Positions 1 to 8,036 of a stretch of 64,000 bases of DNA are shown piece after piece. The number at the start of each line of letters is the position of its first letter. The first letter of the stretch is position 1. Source of the DNA: Candidatus Latescibacterota bacterium (GTDB lineage: Bacteria; Latescibacterota; UBA2968; UBA8231); NCBI GenBank assembly GCA_965223905.1, contig CBDCXV010000011.1, positions 1,440,001-1,504,000 on the forward strand, in the 5' to 3' direction. Both the position numbers and the translations under genes were made by a program. The notes below the pieces were generated by a model. The model made no database searches, was not told the DNA's origin, and saw nothing but the letters and a program-made list of their open reading frames with translations.

Positions 1-1111
1 GCGGCGGTCGGTGATGACCACGATCGAGTCGAAGACGCGGCGGTCGTCAGCGTCGTGCAGGGTCGAGAGCTGGTGGGCGAGCCAGGCGATGGTATAGCTC
101 TTGCCGCTCCCGGCCGAGTGCTGGATGAGGTACTGCTGCCCCACCCCGTTCTCGCGGGCGTCGGCGACGAGCCGGCGCACGCAGTCGAGCTGCTGATAGC
201 GCGGGAAGATCAGCGACTTCCCGCCGGTCTTGCGGCCGGTCTCGTCCTCCTCCTCGACTTCATGGATGAACTGGCGCACCAGGTCGAGCACGCTGTCGCG
301 CGCCCAGGTCTCTTCCCAGAGATAGGAGGTGGCGTACCCGGTCTGCGTCGGCGGAACCGGCGGGTTGCCGGCGCCGCCGAACTTGCCCCGGTTGAAGGGC
401 AGGAAGCGAGTCCCGGCACCATCGAGATGGGTGGTGACGTAGACCAGGTCCGCATCCACGGCGAAGTGCCCCAGGCAGCGGCCATAGGCCAGCAGCGGCT
501 CGCGGGGATCGCGGTCGGTCCGGTACTGGCGGATCGCGTCCTCGACGGTCTGGCCGCTGAGCGGGTTCTTGAGCTCGGCGGTGAACAGGGGGATGCCGTT
601 CAGGAAACAGCACCAGGTCGAGGCTCTTCTCGTTCTTGACGCTGTAGCGGACCTGTCGGGCAACGGCGAAAAAGTTCGCCGCGTGCAGCCGCCGCGTCTC
701 CTCGTTGAGCCCGCTGGCCGGGGCGAAATAGGCGAGCCGGAAGCTGCAGCCCATGTCCTTCACCCCGGACCGCAGCACGTCGAGGGCGCCGCGTCTCGCG
801 ATCTCCGACGATAACCGCTTGAGAAACCGCTCCTGCACCTGGACCCCGTAGTGTTCGGACAGCCTTTGCCACTGCTTCGGCTGCGTAGCCAGCAGGAAGT
901 CCACGACGTCGCGGGGCAACAGGCACAAGGTTCGGTCGTAGTCCTGGGGCAGGCGCTGGTGATAGCCCCCGGGCTGCATCCCCCGGGCGCCCAGGGAAGG
1001 CCTGGGTTCGCCCGCCAGGGCCTCGCCGCCGGGAAGCTCCTCCTCGATCAGGCGCAGCAAGGCCGCCTCGATGGCGTCCTCGAAGGCTCGTTCCGAGATC
1101 TCGGGATTCAC
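1..1111 (-). pseudogene. hsdR: Type I restriction subunit R, N-terminal part (runs off window); single-base frameshift at ~605, real or sequencing error
   Basis: ORF 260-1111 reads MNPEISERAFEDAIE...SLDLVLF. After an extra base (TTTCCTG) the next frame continues LNGIPLFTAELKNPLSGQ (nuclease motif) ...FPRYQQLD...LIQHSAGSGKS (helicase motif I)...DSIVVITDRR. Confidence 0.88.
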
Positions 1112-2300
1112 ATGCCACCTCCCCGGGTTGTCGCGGCTTCAGGGTCCCGTCTCGGGGTGGACGGGGCATCCAGCACCTCGAGCACTGCACGCGCGCAATA
1201 CACCCGGTTGCGCCTCGCCTCCCCGACCAGGGTGACGATGCCTGCCGCTTCCAGCCGGTCGACGGCGCGCCGGGCCGTGGTGTAGGCGACCTCCAGATTC
1301 TGGGCAAGGCCGCGCACGGACCAGAAGGGGTTCTGGACAAACAGCTCCAGCACCTTCTCCGATTGCCCCGAATGAACCCCGTCGATTTTCTCCAACCAGC
1401 CCTGAAACAGGTCGTCGATGCGTTGGATCCGGCCGACCGCGTCCCCTGCCTGGAGTTCTACCCCGCGCAGGAAGTACGTCAGCCACGCCTCCCACTCCCC
1501 GCTCTCCGCCACCCCTTGCAGGCGGGCGTAGTACTCCTCGCGCGTAGCTTCAAAGTAAGCGCTCAGGTAGAGAAGGGGTTCCGGCAGGAGGCCGCGGGCG
1601 ACGAACAACAGCGAGATGAGCAGACGGCCAACGCGCCCATTGCCGTCGATAAACGGATGGATGGCCTCAAACTGCGAGTGTATGAGTGCGGCGTGCACCA
1701 GGGGGGGCAGGGTTTCGTCGTGGAGGAACTGCTCCCACTTCCCCAGGCAGGCCATCAACTCGACGGGCGGAGGGGGCACGTACCTGGCGTCCTCGAGGCC
1801 GTTTCCGGGCGGACCGATCCAGTTCTGGGTGCGTCGAAACTCACCCAGGGTAGCCGTGTCGCCCCGGACCCCCCGCATCAGACGCTCGTGCAGCTCCCGC
1901 ACCAGACGGAGAGACAGCGGCAACGTGTTCAGGCGCCTTATCCCGTACTGCAGCGCCAGGACGTAGTTGGCGACCTCGTGCAGATCCGCTGCATTCCGTT
2001 CGACCCCTGCCCCAGCCTGCGCTGCAAGCAGTTCGCCCAGGGTGGCCTGCGTGCCTTCGATGCGGCTGGAAAGCACCGCTTCCCGGTGGAGGAAGGCCCG
2101 GATGAACAGGTGCGGATTCGATACAAGCCTGCCTTCTCCTGCGAGCCGGCCTACTGCCTGGGCGGCGCGGGAGAGCGCGGAAACCAGCTCCGCGTTCCAA
2201 GCAATAGGAGGCGGAAGGGGAGCCGGAACGAAGGCGCGGTACCCGCCGGGGCAAGGGAAGTACCGGTGTTTTTCCAGCTGACCCGGAGAAGGAGGAGTGA
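1108..2300 (-). CDS. fic: Fic family protein with N-terminal extension and C-terminal HTH
   Basis: Fic motif HPFIDGNGRVGR. The frame stays open upstream of the annotated 2076 start (YRAFVPAPLPP...EAVLSSRIEGTQ) to a stop near 2308, so the true start is uncertain. Its stop overlaps the hsdR ATG (ATGA). Confidence 0.85.
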
Positions 2301-2485
2301 CCTCACTTCACGGTACTGTATCAGTCTGAAAATTTCACCCGCCCCGGAAAGCCGATTCCATCACCCAGGTTTCCTGGCTAAAGGGTGTGCTGGTTCGGCC
2401 CCAATAGTCGCTCTTGGTGGGAGGTTGATCCACCCCATCCGCGTTATACATTTGTATAACATCCCACGCCAAGGAGGTAGCAATC

Positions 2486-2611
2486 ATGTCCGCAGCCAAT
2501 GGCATCCCTCGGGAGAAGGACGAAACAATCGAGTTGCAAAAAATACTCGACGATCCTTCCACGGAGTGGGTGTCCTGGAAGGAAGCAGAAGATGAGCTAC
2601 GAGCTCGATAA
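2486..2611 (+). CDS. Small putative antitoxin (41 aa, MSAANGIPREKDETIELQKILDDPSTEWVSWKEAEDELRAR)
   Basis: Strong RBS AAGGAGG upstream; acidic; ends in a WVSWKE-type tail common in RelE/ParE-associated antitoxins; overlaps the downstream toxin start. Confidence 0.6.
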   Translation: MSAANGIPREKDETIELQKILDDPSTEWVSWKEAEDELRAR

Positions 2612-2842
2612 ACAGGAAAGCCTTGAAAAGGCTGAAGCAAATCCCCCAGCCCACGAGAGGGCGCATTGAGGAGGCCATCAGGGCCATTGAGAAAAATCCT
2701 TGTGCTGGGGAAGCCCTACGAGGGAATTTTCTTGGATTTCGAAAGATCAGGATTGGCCAGTTCGGGTTCTCTACAAGTGAATGAATCTGAGAAGCTGATC
2801 CGAATTGTGAAAATAGAACCGCGAGGCTCGTCCTACCGATAG
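2592..2842 (+). pseudogene. RelE/ParE-family toxin, frameshifted
   Basis: Pieced frames: MSYEL/INRKALKRLKQIPQPTRGRIEEAIRAIEKNPCAGEALRGNFLGFRKIRIGQF/RVLY/VNESEKLIRIVKIEPRGSSYR; about three frame breaks. Confidence 0.75.
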
Positions 2843-2897
2843 TCGTCTTCTTCGCTCACCGCCTTGGGTAAAATTTTTTCCCCAAGTACATCTCCTC

Positions 2898-2936
2898 TGA
2901 ACCCGGCTCTTTTCGAGAGATCGGGTTTATTTTTTT
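2898..2936 (+). terminator. Probable intrinsic terminator after the TA module
   Basis: Hairpin GAACCCGGCTCT-TTTC-GAGAGATCGGGTTT followed by ATTTTTTT. Confidence 0.55.
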
Positions 2937-3124
2937 CCAGTTCGTCACATTATCCAAATCAAATCACTGACACATATGCTTGCCATTTATCGTTCTGAAT
3001 TCGTAGATGTTATCTGAACAAGATTGCAGATATTCGGTTGGAAAACGGAGGAGAGTTTGTAACATTTTGTTACGAACTATAACTATTTGGAAAACTTCTT
3101 CGTAACGGCCGGATTGAACGTGAC

Positions 3125-4519
3125 TTATGCGGCAGCCTGCCGCACGTCGATCTTGCCGGTCACCGCTGCGGAGATGAGGGCGGTGCGGAGTTCCTTGAGG
3201 CGGTCGATGGCCTCGCGGACTTTGGCGACAAGGGCGTCGATCTTGGCCGTTTCACGATCAAGGTACGAGACGATGGCCTGTTGCTCTGTCGGCGGTGGCG
3301 CAAGAAGGGGACTTGTAGAAAGCGTATCACTATTGACTTTTGGGATCGCAGAACGCAAGGACTCATCAACCATGAGCTTAACGAAAGCTTCAGACAGCAT
3401 GAAATATTGGAGGAATTTTGTGGAGATTTGGGCATCTGTGACTGTTATGGGGTACATGTCCGCACTACAAAGCCAAGCACCCTCCGCAATGCACACTTTG
3501 TTAAGTGCCGGACGAATTTTTGAATAAACGATCTGACCTAGATCAACATGGTATTTTCCGCTTATCGCCCCTTGGTGTTCCGCGGTTTCCCGAAGTAGAA
3601 TCATTCCTGTATCTGATTGAATGTGATTGGGTGCGATCAATGTTCGCTCGCAATAAGGAATTGTGGTCGGATCAACAAGGCCTTCTGCAATCTTGCAACA
3701 ATTTCGCCAACGCTTCACCTCCCAATGCGCCGGGATCTCCCCCAGCCACTCAACACCGGAGTCCTTCATCGGCACGTCGGAGTCGAAGCCCTTGGTAACC
3801 GCCTGGTTGATGAGGGCAGTGCGCTTTTCCTCGAGCAGCTCGATCAACCGCTCCTTCTTTGCCACGAGGGCGTCGATCCTGGAGGTCTCGCGATCGAGAA
3901 AAGCAGCGATGGCGCGTTGTTCAGGGAGGGAAGGAATAGGTAAGAGAGCTGAGGTGTATTCGTCGACTCTCAGATTAGGATATGTTGATCCCGCAACCAT
4001 ACGTTTGACACGCTCGCGGGTGAGGTCGCTACTAAGTAGCAGAAAAAGGTAGCGAGGATTCGCAACTTGGACGTGTGCTATAACCCTTAATAAAAAATTG
4101 CTGAAGACGAACTCTGGCGTATTGCCATCCACTATGCCTGTTTTGCCGGAGATCACATTGGAGATCGAACCACTCGACTTTACAACAAGGATATCGCCTG
4201 GTCGACATCGAAATCGGTCGGCATCTTTGTGTGAGAATCCTCGCAGTGGCATGTCATCGACGGCGAAGTGTCCCTCCGTATCAATTTGTGCTGTCGTCGC
4301 CACTGCTAATACCCAATCACTGCTCTCAGGTTCTTCTCCGTAGCTGCCGCTGTTGTCTATCCTTGCAATACGCTTCAGCGGTAACTCGACCCAATGCGCC
4401 GGAATCTCCCTCAGCCACTCAATGCCAGATTCCTTGTAGGCCGGATAGGGCCTGTATCGCTCCGCACCCAAAGTGGACGTAATACCGCTATCCCCAATTG
4501 CAGCAGATCGCTTAGTCAT
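3125..4519 (-). CDS. hsdS: Type I R-M specificity subunit
   Basis: Two conserved repeats (KESGIEWLREIPAHW / KDSGVEWLGEIPAHW; PSLPEQRAIAAFLDRET / PPPTEQQAIVSYLDRET) flank two AT-richer TRDs; ends AVTGKIDVR. Confidence 0.95.
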   Translation of the reverse strand: MTKRSAAIGDSGITSTLGAERYRPYPAYKESGIEWLREIPAHWVELPLKRIARIDNSGSYGEEPESSDWVLAVATTAQIDTEGHFAVDDMPLRGFSHKDADRFRCRPGDILVVKSSGSISNVISGKTGIVDGNTPEFVFSNFLLRVIAHVQVANPRYLFLLLSSDLTRERVKRMVAGSTYPNLRVDEYTSALLPIPSLPEQRAIAAFLDRETSRIDALVAKKERLIELLEEKRTALINQAVTKGFDSDVPMKDSGVEWLGEIPAHWEVKRWRNCCKIAEGLVDPTTIPYCERTLIAPNHIQSDTGMILLRETAEHQGAISGKYHVDLGQIVYSKIRPALNKVCIAEGAWLCSADMYPITVTDAQISTKFLQYFMLSEAFVKLMVDESLRSAIPKVNSDTLSTSPLLAPPPTEQQAIVSYLDRETAKIDALVAKVREAIDRLKELRTALISAAVTGKIDVRQAAA

Positions 4520-4550
4520 CTATTCCGACCCCTTTGAACTTTGGCAGCGT

Positions 4551-5483
4551 TCATCGTCCAGCTTCATGACACCACGGCCCACCCGCCGGCCAGGTTCCAG
4601 TGAACCCGGACCGGAGCGCCATCGCATCCCACGGTTCTCTGAGAAATGACAGTAGGCGCTCGGCCACGATACCAAAATCCGGTGGCGCTCCAAGAAGCTC
4701 GTTCCTGTCCAGGTAATTACGCCAGTGCTCCGCCCGCTCGGCATCCTCATAGAACCGAGGCGTCAGAGCGACTGGCAGATTCTGAGAGATCGTGGTACGG
4801 CGTTTTTCGAAGGTTGCGCCCATGGCCCGTAGGAGATTTTCGCCATCGAAGGAAGAGTACTGTGCAAGCGCTTGAAGATCGTAAAAATCCTTGTAGCGGC
4901 TGTTCCGTTCACCGAGCACAACCATCGCGTGGAGCTTCTCGGCCACGACGGCTTCGGCTGGGTAAACACGGATTTGCGGATGTGGAGCGTCGAGCAGTGT
5001 TGGGTAATCGGCGTCAATCGGCGGCGGCTGGATGGCATTCCCAAAGCCGATATCGATCCTCATCCGTATTCGTGCGCCGGAGATCCTGGCCCAGAAGAGC
5101 GCTCGGAAGCCGTTATACTCTTGATGTTCGCGGAAGGGTTCGACCCCGATGTCTCCGCTGTCGAAAACAACTCCATCGTCGGCGGCCGGGGTCTCGAAAA
5201 TGTCGCGGATGGTGGAGCGCACCTCGTTTGCCAGGGGGCTTCCGTGGCCGGTAAAATCGAGATCCCGCGTCGGGCGATAGACTGCTTCGCCCCAAAGGAC
5301 AAGGAGCATCGCACCCTTCAAGACGTAGCGCTCCCGATGCTGCGATTCTCCGAGGCGGTAGCGAAATCGCTCCGCGGCATAGCGCTGCAGCAGGAACTGG
5401 AAGTCCTCTCCGGTTTCGCGGCTCCGGTTCATCAACCTTGCGCGAACCGATGCTCCCATGTTTCGGCGTTTCCCGCGTGTCAT
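4551..5483 (-). CDS. abiEii: AbiEii nucleotidyltransferase toxin (type IV TA)
   Basis: LKGAMLL, RPTRDLDF, EKLHAM, NSRYKDFYDL motifs. Confidence 0.9.
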   Translation of the reverse strand: MTRGKRRNMGASVRARLMNRSRETGEDFQFLLQRYAAERFRYRLGESQHRERYVLKGAMLLVLWGEAVYRPTRDLDFTGHGSPLANEVRSTIRDIFETPAADDGVVFDSGDIGVEPFREHQEYNGFRALFWARISGARIRMRIDIGFGNAIQPPPIDADYPTLLDAPHPQIRVYPAEAVVAEKLHAMVVLGERNSRYKDFYDLQALAQYSSFDGENLLRAMGATFEKRRTTISQNLPVALTPRFYEDAERAEHWRNYLDRNELLGAPPDFGIVAERLLSFLREPWDAMALRSGFTGTWPAGGPWCHEAGR

Positions 5484-6085
5484 AGCGAGAGTGCTTCCAG
5501 GTAAGCCCGAATAACGGTCTGCGCACGGCAGACTTCGGCGGCGCGCACGATCTCATCCACGGTCGCAGCCCGCGATCGCAGGGCGTCGTGCAGTGCCTCG
5601 AGCGCGATGTCGAGTCCGAGCTTGTTGCGATAGCGAAAACAGTCCACCACGGTGCGGGCCGGCGAAGTGATGCGAAACGGCACCCTCTGCGCCGAATGGG
5701 AGGCAACGCCGTAGGTGAGCATCGCACCGGAGAAACGGACGATGCGCACGCGGGAGGGAGGATGCGCGGGCTTGCGGGCCTTGCGGTCGAGGGCGATCCA
5801 GACCTCGTGCGGCGACTGCGTGCCGATTTCGTGGAAGCGAAGCGCCGTCAGCAGGCAGATGACGGCATTCGGGATGGCCGCGGCTACCATCGCGATCGTC
5901 TCGACCTCCGTGGGTTCGACTTCGGATAGTCGGTAGAGGCCGTTTCCCAGGTTCTCGACGAGTCCCTTGGAGACCAGACCCTGAAGCCTGCGGTGAGAAA
6001 GCCCGAGCGGCGCGAGATCCCGAGGCCGGAAGTAGGTTCCGATGCCGGCTTCCTGGAGCTCAGCAGTGTCCAGTGCATTCGCCAT
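5480..6085 (-). CDS. abiEi: AbiEi antitoxin / transcriptional regulator
   Basis: N-terminal wHTH (GNGLYRL), ICLLTALRFH, TSPARTVVDCFRYRNKLGLD; ATGA overlap with abiEii. Confidence 0.9.
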   Translation of the reverse strand: MANALDTAELQEAGIGTYFRPRDLAPLGLSHRRLQGLVSKGLVENLGNGLYRLSEVEPTEVETIAMVAAAIPNAVICLLTALRFHEIGTQSPHEVWIALDRKARKPAHPPSRVRIVRFSGAMLTYGVASHSAQRVPFRITSPARTVVDCFRYRNKLGLDIALEALHDALRSRAATVDEIVRAAEVCRAQTVIRAYLEALSL

Positions 6086-6102
6086 ACCCACAGATGATAC
6101 TG

Positions 6103-6134
6103 AATGTCGGCACTTAATCGCAACTGCCGACATT
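6103..6134. promoter_or_regulatory. Inverted repeat, probable AbiEi autoregulatory operator
   Basis: Perfect AATGTCGGCA-N12-TGCCGACATT about 18 nt upstream of the abiEi ATG; AbiEi proteins are known to bind promoter inverted repeats. Confidence 0.65.
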
Positions 6135-6168
6135 TAATATCAGCCAGCCGGTCCGGCGGACGCGCCCT

Positions 6169-6765
6169 TCAAAACCCCCTCAATCGGTTCAGGAGATCCT
6201 TGCCATGCGGACATGCGGCTTCGACGAGTGTTGGATCGATTCGCGCCAGCAATCCGAATGAAGTCTTGCCCTTGGAATACGGGTTTGGGCATCGGGCGGT
6301 GGCCCTGTCCAGCGCGTCGAGAACCGTCTCCCTAGACAGGTCTTCCAACTTGGGCCATTGCCTGAGCGCGTTCTCTATAAACAGCGGACCGAAATAGCTT
6401 CGCAGTGCATCATGGTCCGCCAGAAACCAGGTTTCCATGACCTGAACCATCAGGAAGGCCTGATCGTCGCCGGCCCCTGAAGGTCTATTCCAGCCGTCGC
6501 GTTGCTGCAGATGCTGCCAGGCCGAGTGACCCGCTGCGACCGGGTCTTCGCTGTCCACGAGGAGCAGTGGGATGGTACCAGGCTTCTGCCCAGCGGCATC
6601 TGTCGCAAAGCGGTTGAAGGTGTCTTGCCGTGTGCCGCCCCGAACTACTCTCGGCATGCGGCCACGCAGCCCTGCCGCTGTGAAGAAACTGGTCCAGCCC
6701 TCGCGGAATTGCGCGCCAAGCCGCCGATTATCCCCACCCCCCTCGATGTAAAGCACGGCGGTCAC
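6169..6765 (-). CDS. DUF4276-like (RloB/TOPRIM-like) protein
   Basis: LYIEGGG, LLVDSED, MVQVMETWFLAD, YSKG motifs; GTGA coupling to the upstream ATPase. Confidence 0.8.
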   Translation of the reverse strand: MTAVLYIEGGGDNRRLGAQFREGWTSFFTAAGLRGRMPRVVRGGTRQDTFNRFATDAAGQKPGTIPLLLVDSEDPVAAGHSAWQHLQQRDGWNRPSGAGDDQAFLMVQVMETWFLADHDALRSYFGPLFIENALRQWPKLEDLSRETVLDALDRATARCPNPYSKGKTSFGLLARIDPTLVEAACPHGKDLLNRLRGF

Positions 6766-8006
6766 CAACGATTCCCTCCCAGTTGCCCGGAGCTCCAGAG
6801 ATTGCCGAGGGTGTAATCCTTCAGCCACTTTGCCAGGTCCTCCTTGTCGAGCCGTCGCATTTCGGTCCGCCCCTCGTGCTTTTCGCAGATCACGACACTT
6901 TCCGGGGTGTCGGTCAGCGCATCGACCATGACATCCGAATGCGTCGTCACGATCAGTTGACTGCGCTCGGACGCTGAGCGCAGCAGCTCGACCAACGTCG
7001 GCAACAGGTCCGGGTGCAGGCCCAGTTCCGGCTCTTCGATTACGACAAGGGGCGGGGGCTCGGGGTGCAACAGGATGGCGAGCATGCAGAGGTAGCGAAG
7101 CGTGCCGTCCGACAGGAGGGTGGCCGGGATCGTGCGGCTGTCAGCTTCTTCCAGGTACAGGGCAACGGTACCGCCCGTCACCGGGCAGGCGATGTCGACG
7201 ATTCCGTCAAAAAGCTTCTGCAATGCAGTGACGAGTTGTCGTTTGCTGTCACCCTGGAAATGAGACAACACGAGCGCCAGGTTCGCGCCTCCGTCATCGA
7301 GAAAGTCGGCACGGTCGTGGGCGCTTTGGTTGCTGCGAAACCCGGCGGAAGGACCGAATGACCAGTTCCGGAAGAGGCGAATACGCTCGTATTGCTCTTT
7401 CAGATGCCACAGTACCGGGGCGTCGGGACTGGCAAACCAATGAAGGAATGAGTGTTCAGGTTGAATCTCACCTGCGAGATCGACGGCCCCCGGACGAGGC
7501 CAGGAGGCGATGCGAGGTGTCGACCACTGCCCCGAGCGCATATCCCTCTCGGAGTCGGCACGCTCCGCCTCTGCATTGGATTTTGCGATCTCCGCCGCGG
7601 ATACCTCGTCCTGAGGGGGGCGGTAATAGGACAGCGAGACCGGTTCGTCGGCGTGTTTCTCCGATGGCTCGACCCGCTCGCCCGTCACTTCGGGGCGGCC
7701 GTTTCGATCGGCCAATGTCAGCGAGTGCCGAAGAACGCCGCCGTAGGGATAGCCGATCTCGGTCTCCATCGATATGGAATCCGGCGCCTCCGGGCCCTTC
7801 CACAACCAACCTCGAACGCCGCCCATGCGCGAGATCGGTTCGGTAATGCCACGGGGCGCAGCCTGAAGCAGCGCAATCGCTTCGAGGAAGTTCGACTTTC
7901 CCGAACCGTTCGGGCCGATGAGGACGTTCAGCGGTTCCATGGGCAGGTCGATCCCGTCGGGTCCGAACGACAGAAGGCCGGCGACTTTCAATCTGTGTAT
8001 CAGCAT
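6762..8006 (-). CDS. ABC-type (AAA_21/AAA_15-like) ATPase
   Basis: Walker A GPNGSGKS, signature LSDGT, Walker B IEEPELGLHP, TTHS. Confidence 0.9.
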   Translation of the reverse strand: MLIHRLKVAGLLSFGPDGIDLPMEPLNVLIGPNGSGKSNFLEAIALLQAAPRGITEPISRMGGVRGWLWKGPEAPDSISMETEIGYPYGGVLRHSLTLADRNGRPEVTGERVEPSEKHADEPVSLSYYRPPQDEVSAAEIAKSNAEAERADSERDMRSGQWSTPRIASWPRPGAVDLAGEIQPEHSFLHWFASPDAPVLWHLKEQYERIRLFRNWSFGPSAGFRSNQSAHDRADFLDDGGANLALVLSHFQGDSKRQLVTALQKLFDGIVDIACPVTGGTVALYLEEADSRTIPATLLSDGTLRYLCMLAILLHPEPPPLVVIEEPELGLHPDLLPTLVELLRSASERSQLIVTTHSDVMVDALTDTPESVVICEKHEGRTEMRRLDKEDLAKWLKDYTLGNLWSSGQLGGNRW

Positions 8007-8036
8007 GTCGATACCTCTTCCACGCAGCGGTCCAAA

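Noticed and set aside
3125-4519. Internal repeats in hsdS as a shufflon
   Set aside because: These are the normal direct conserved regions; no invertase or silent hsdS copy is present.
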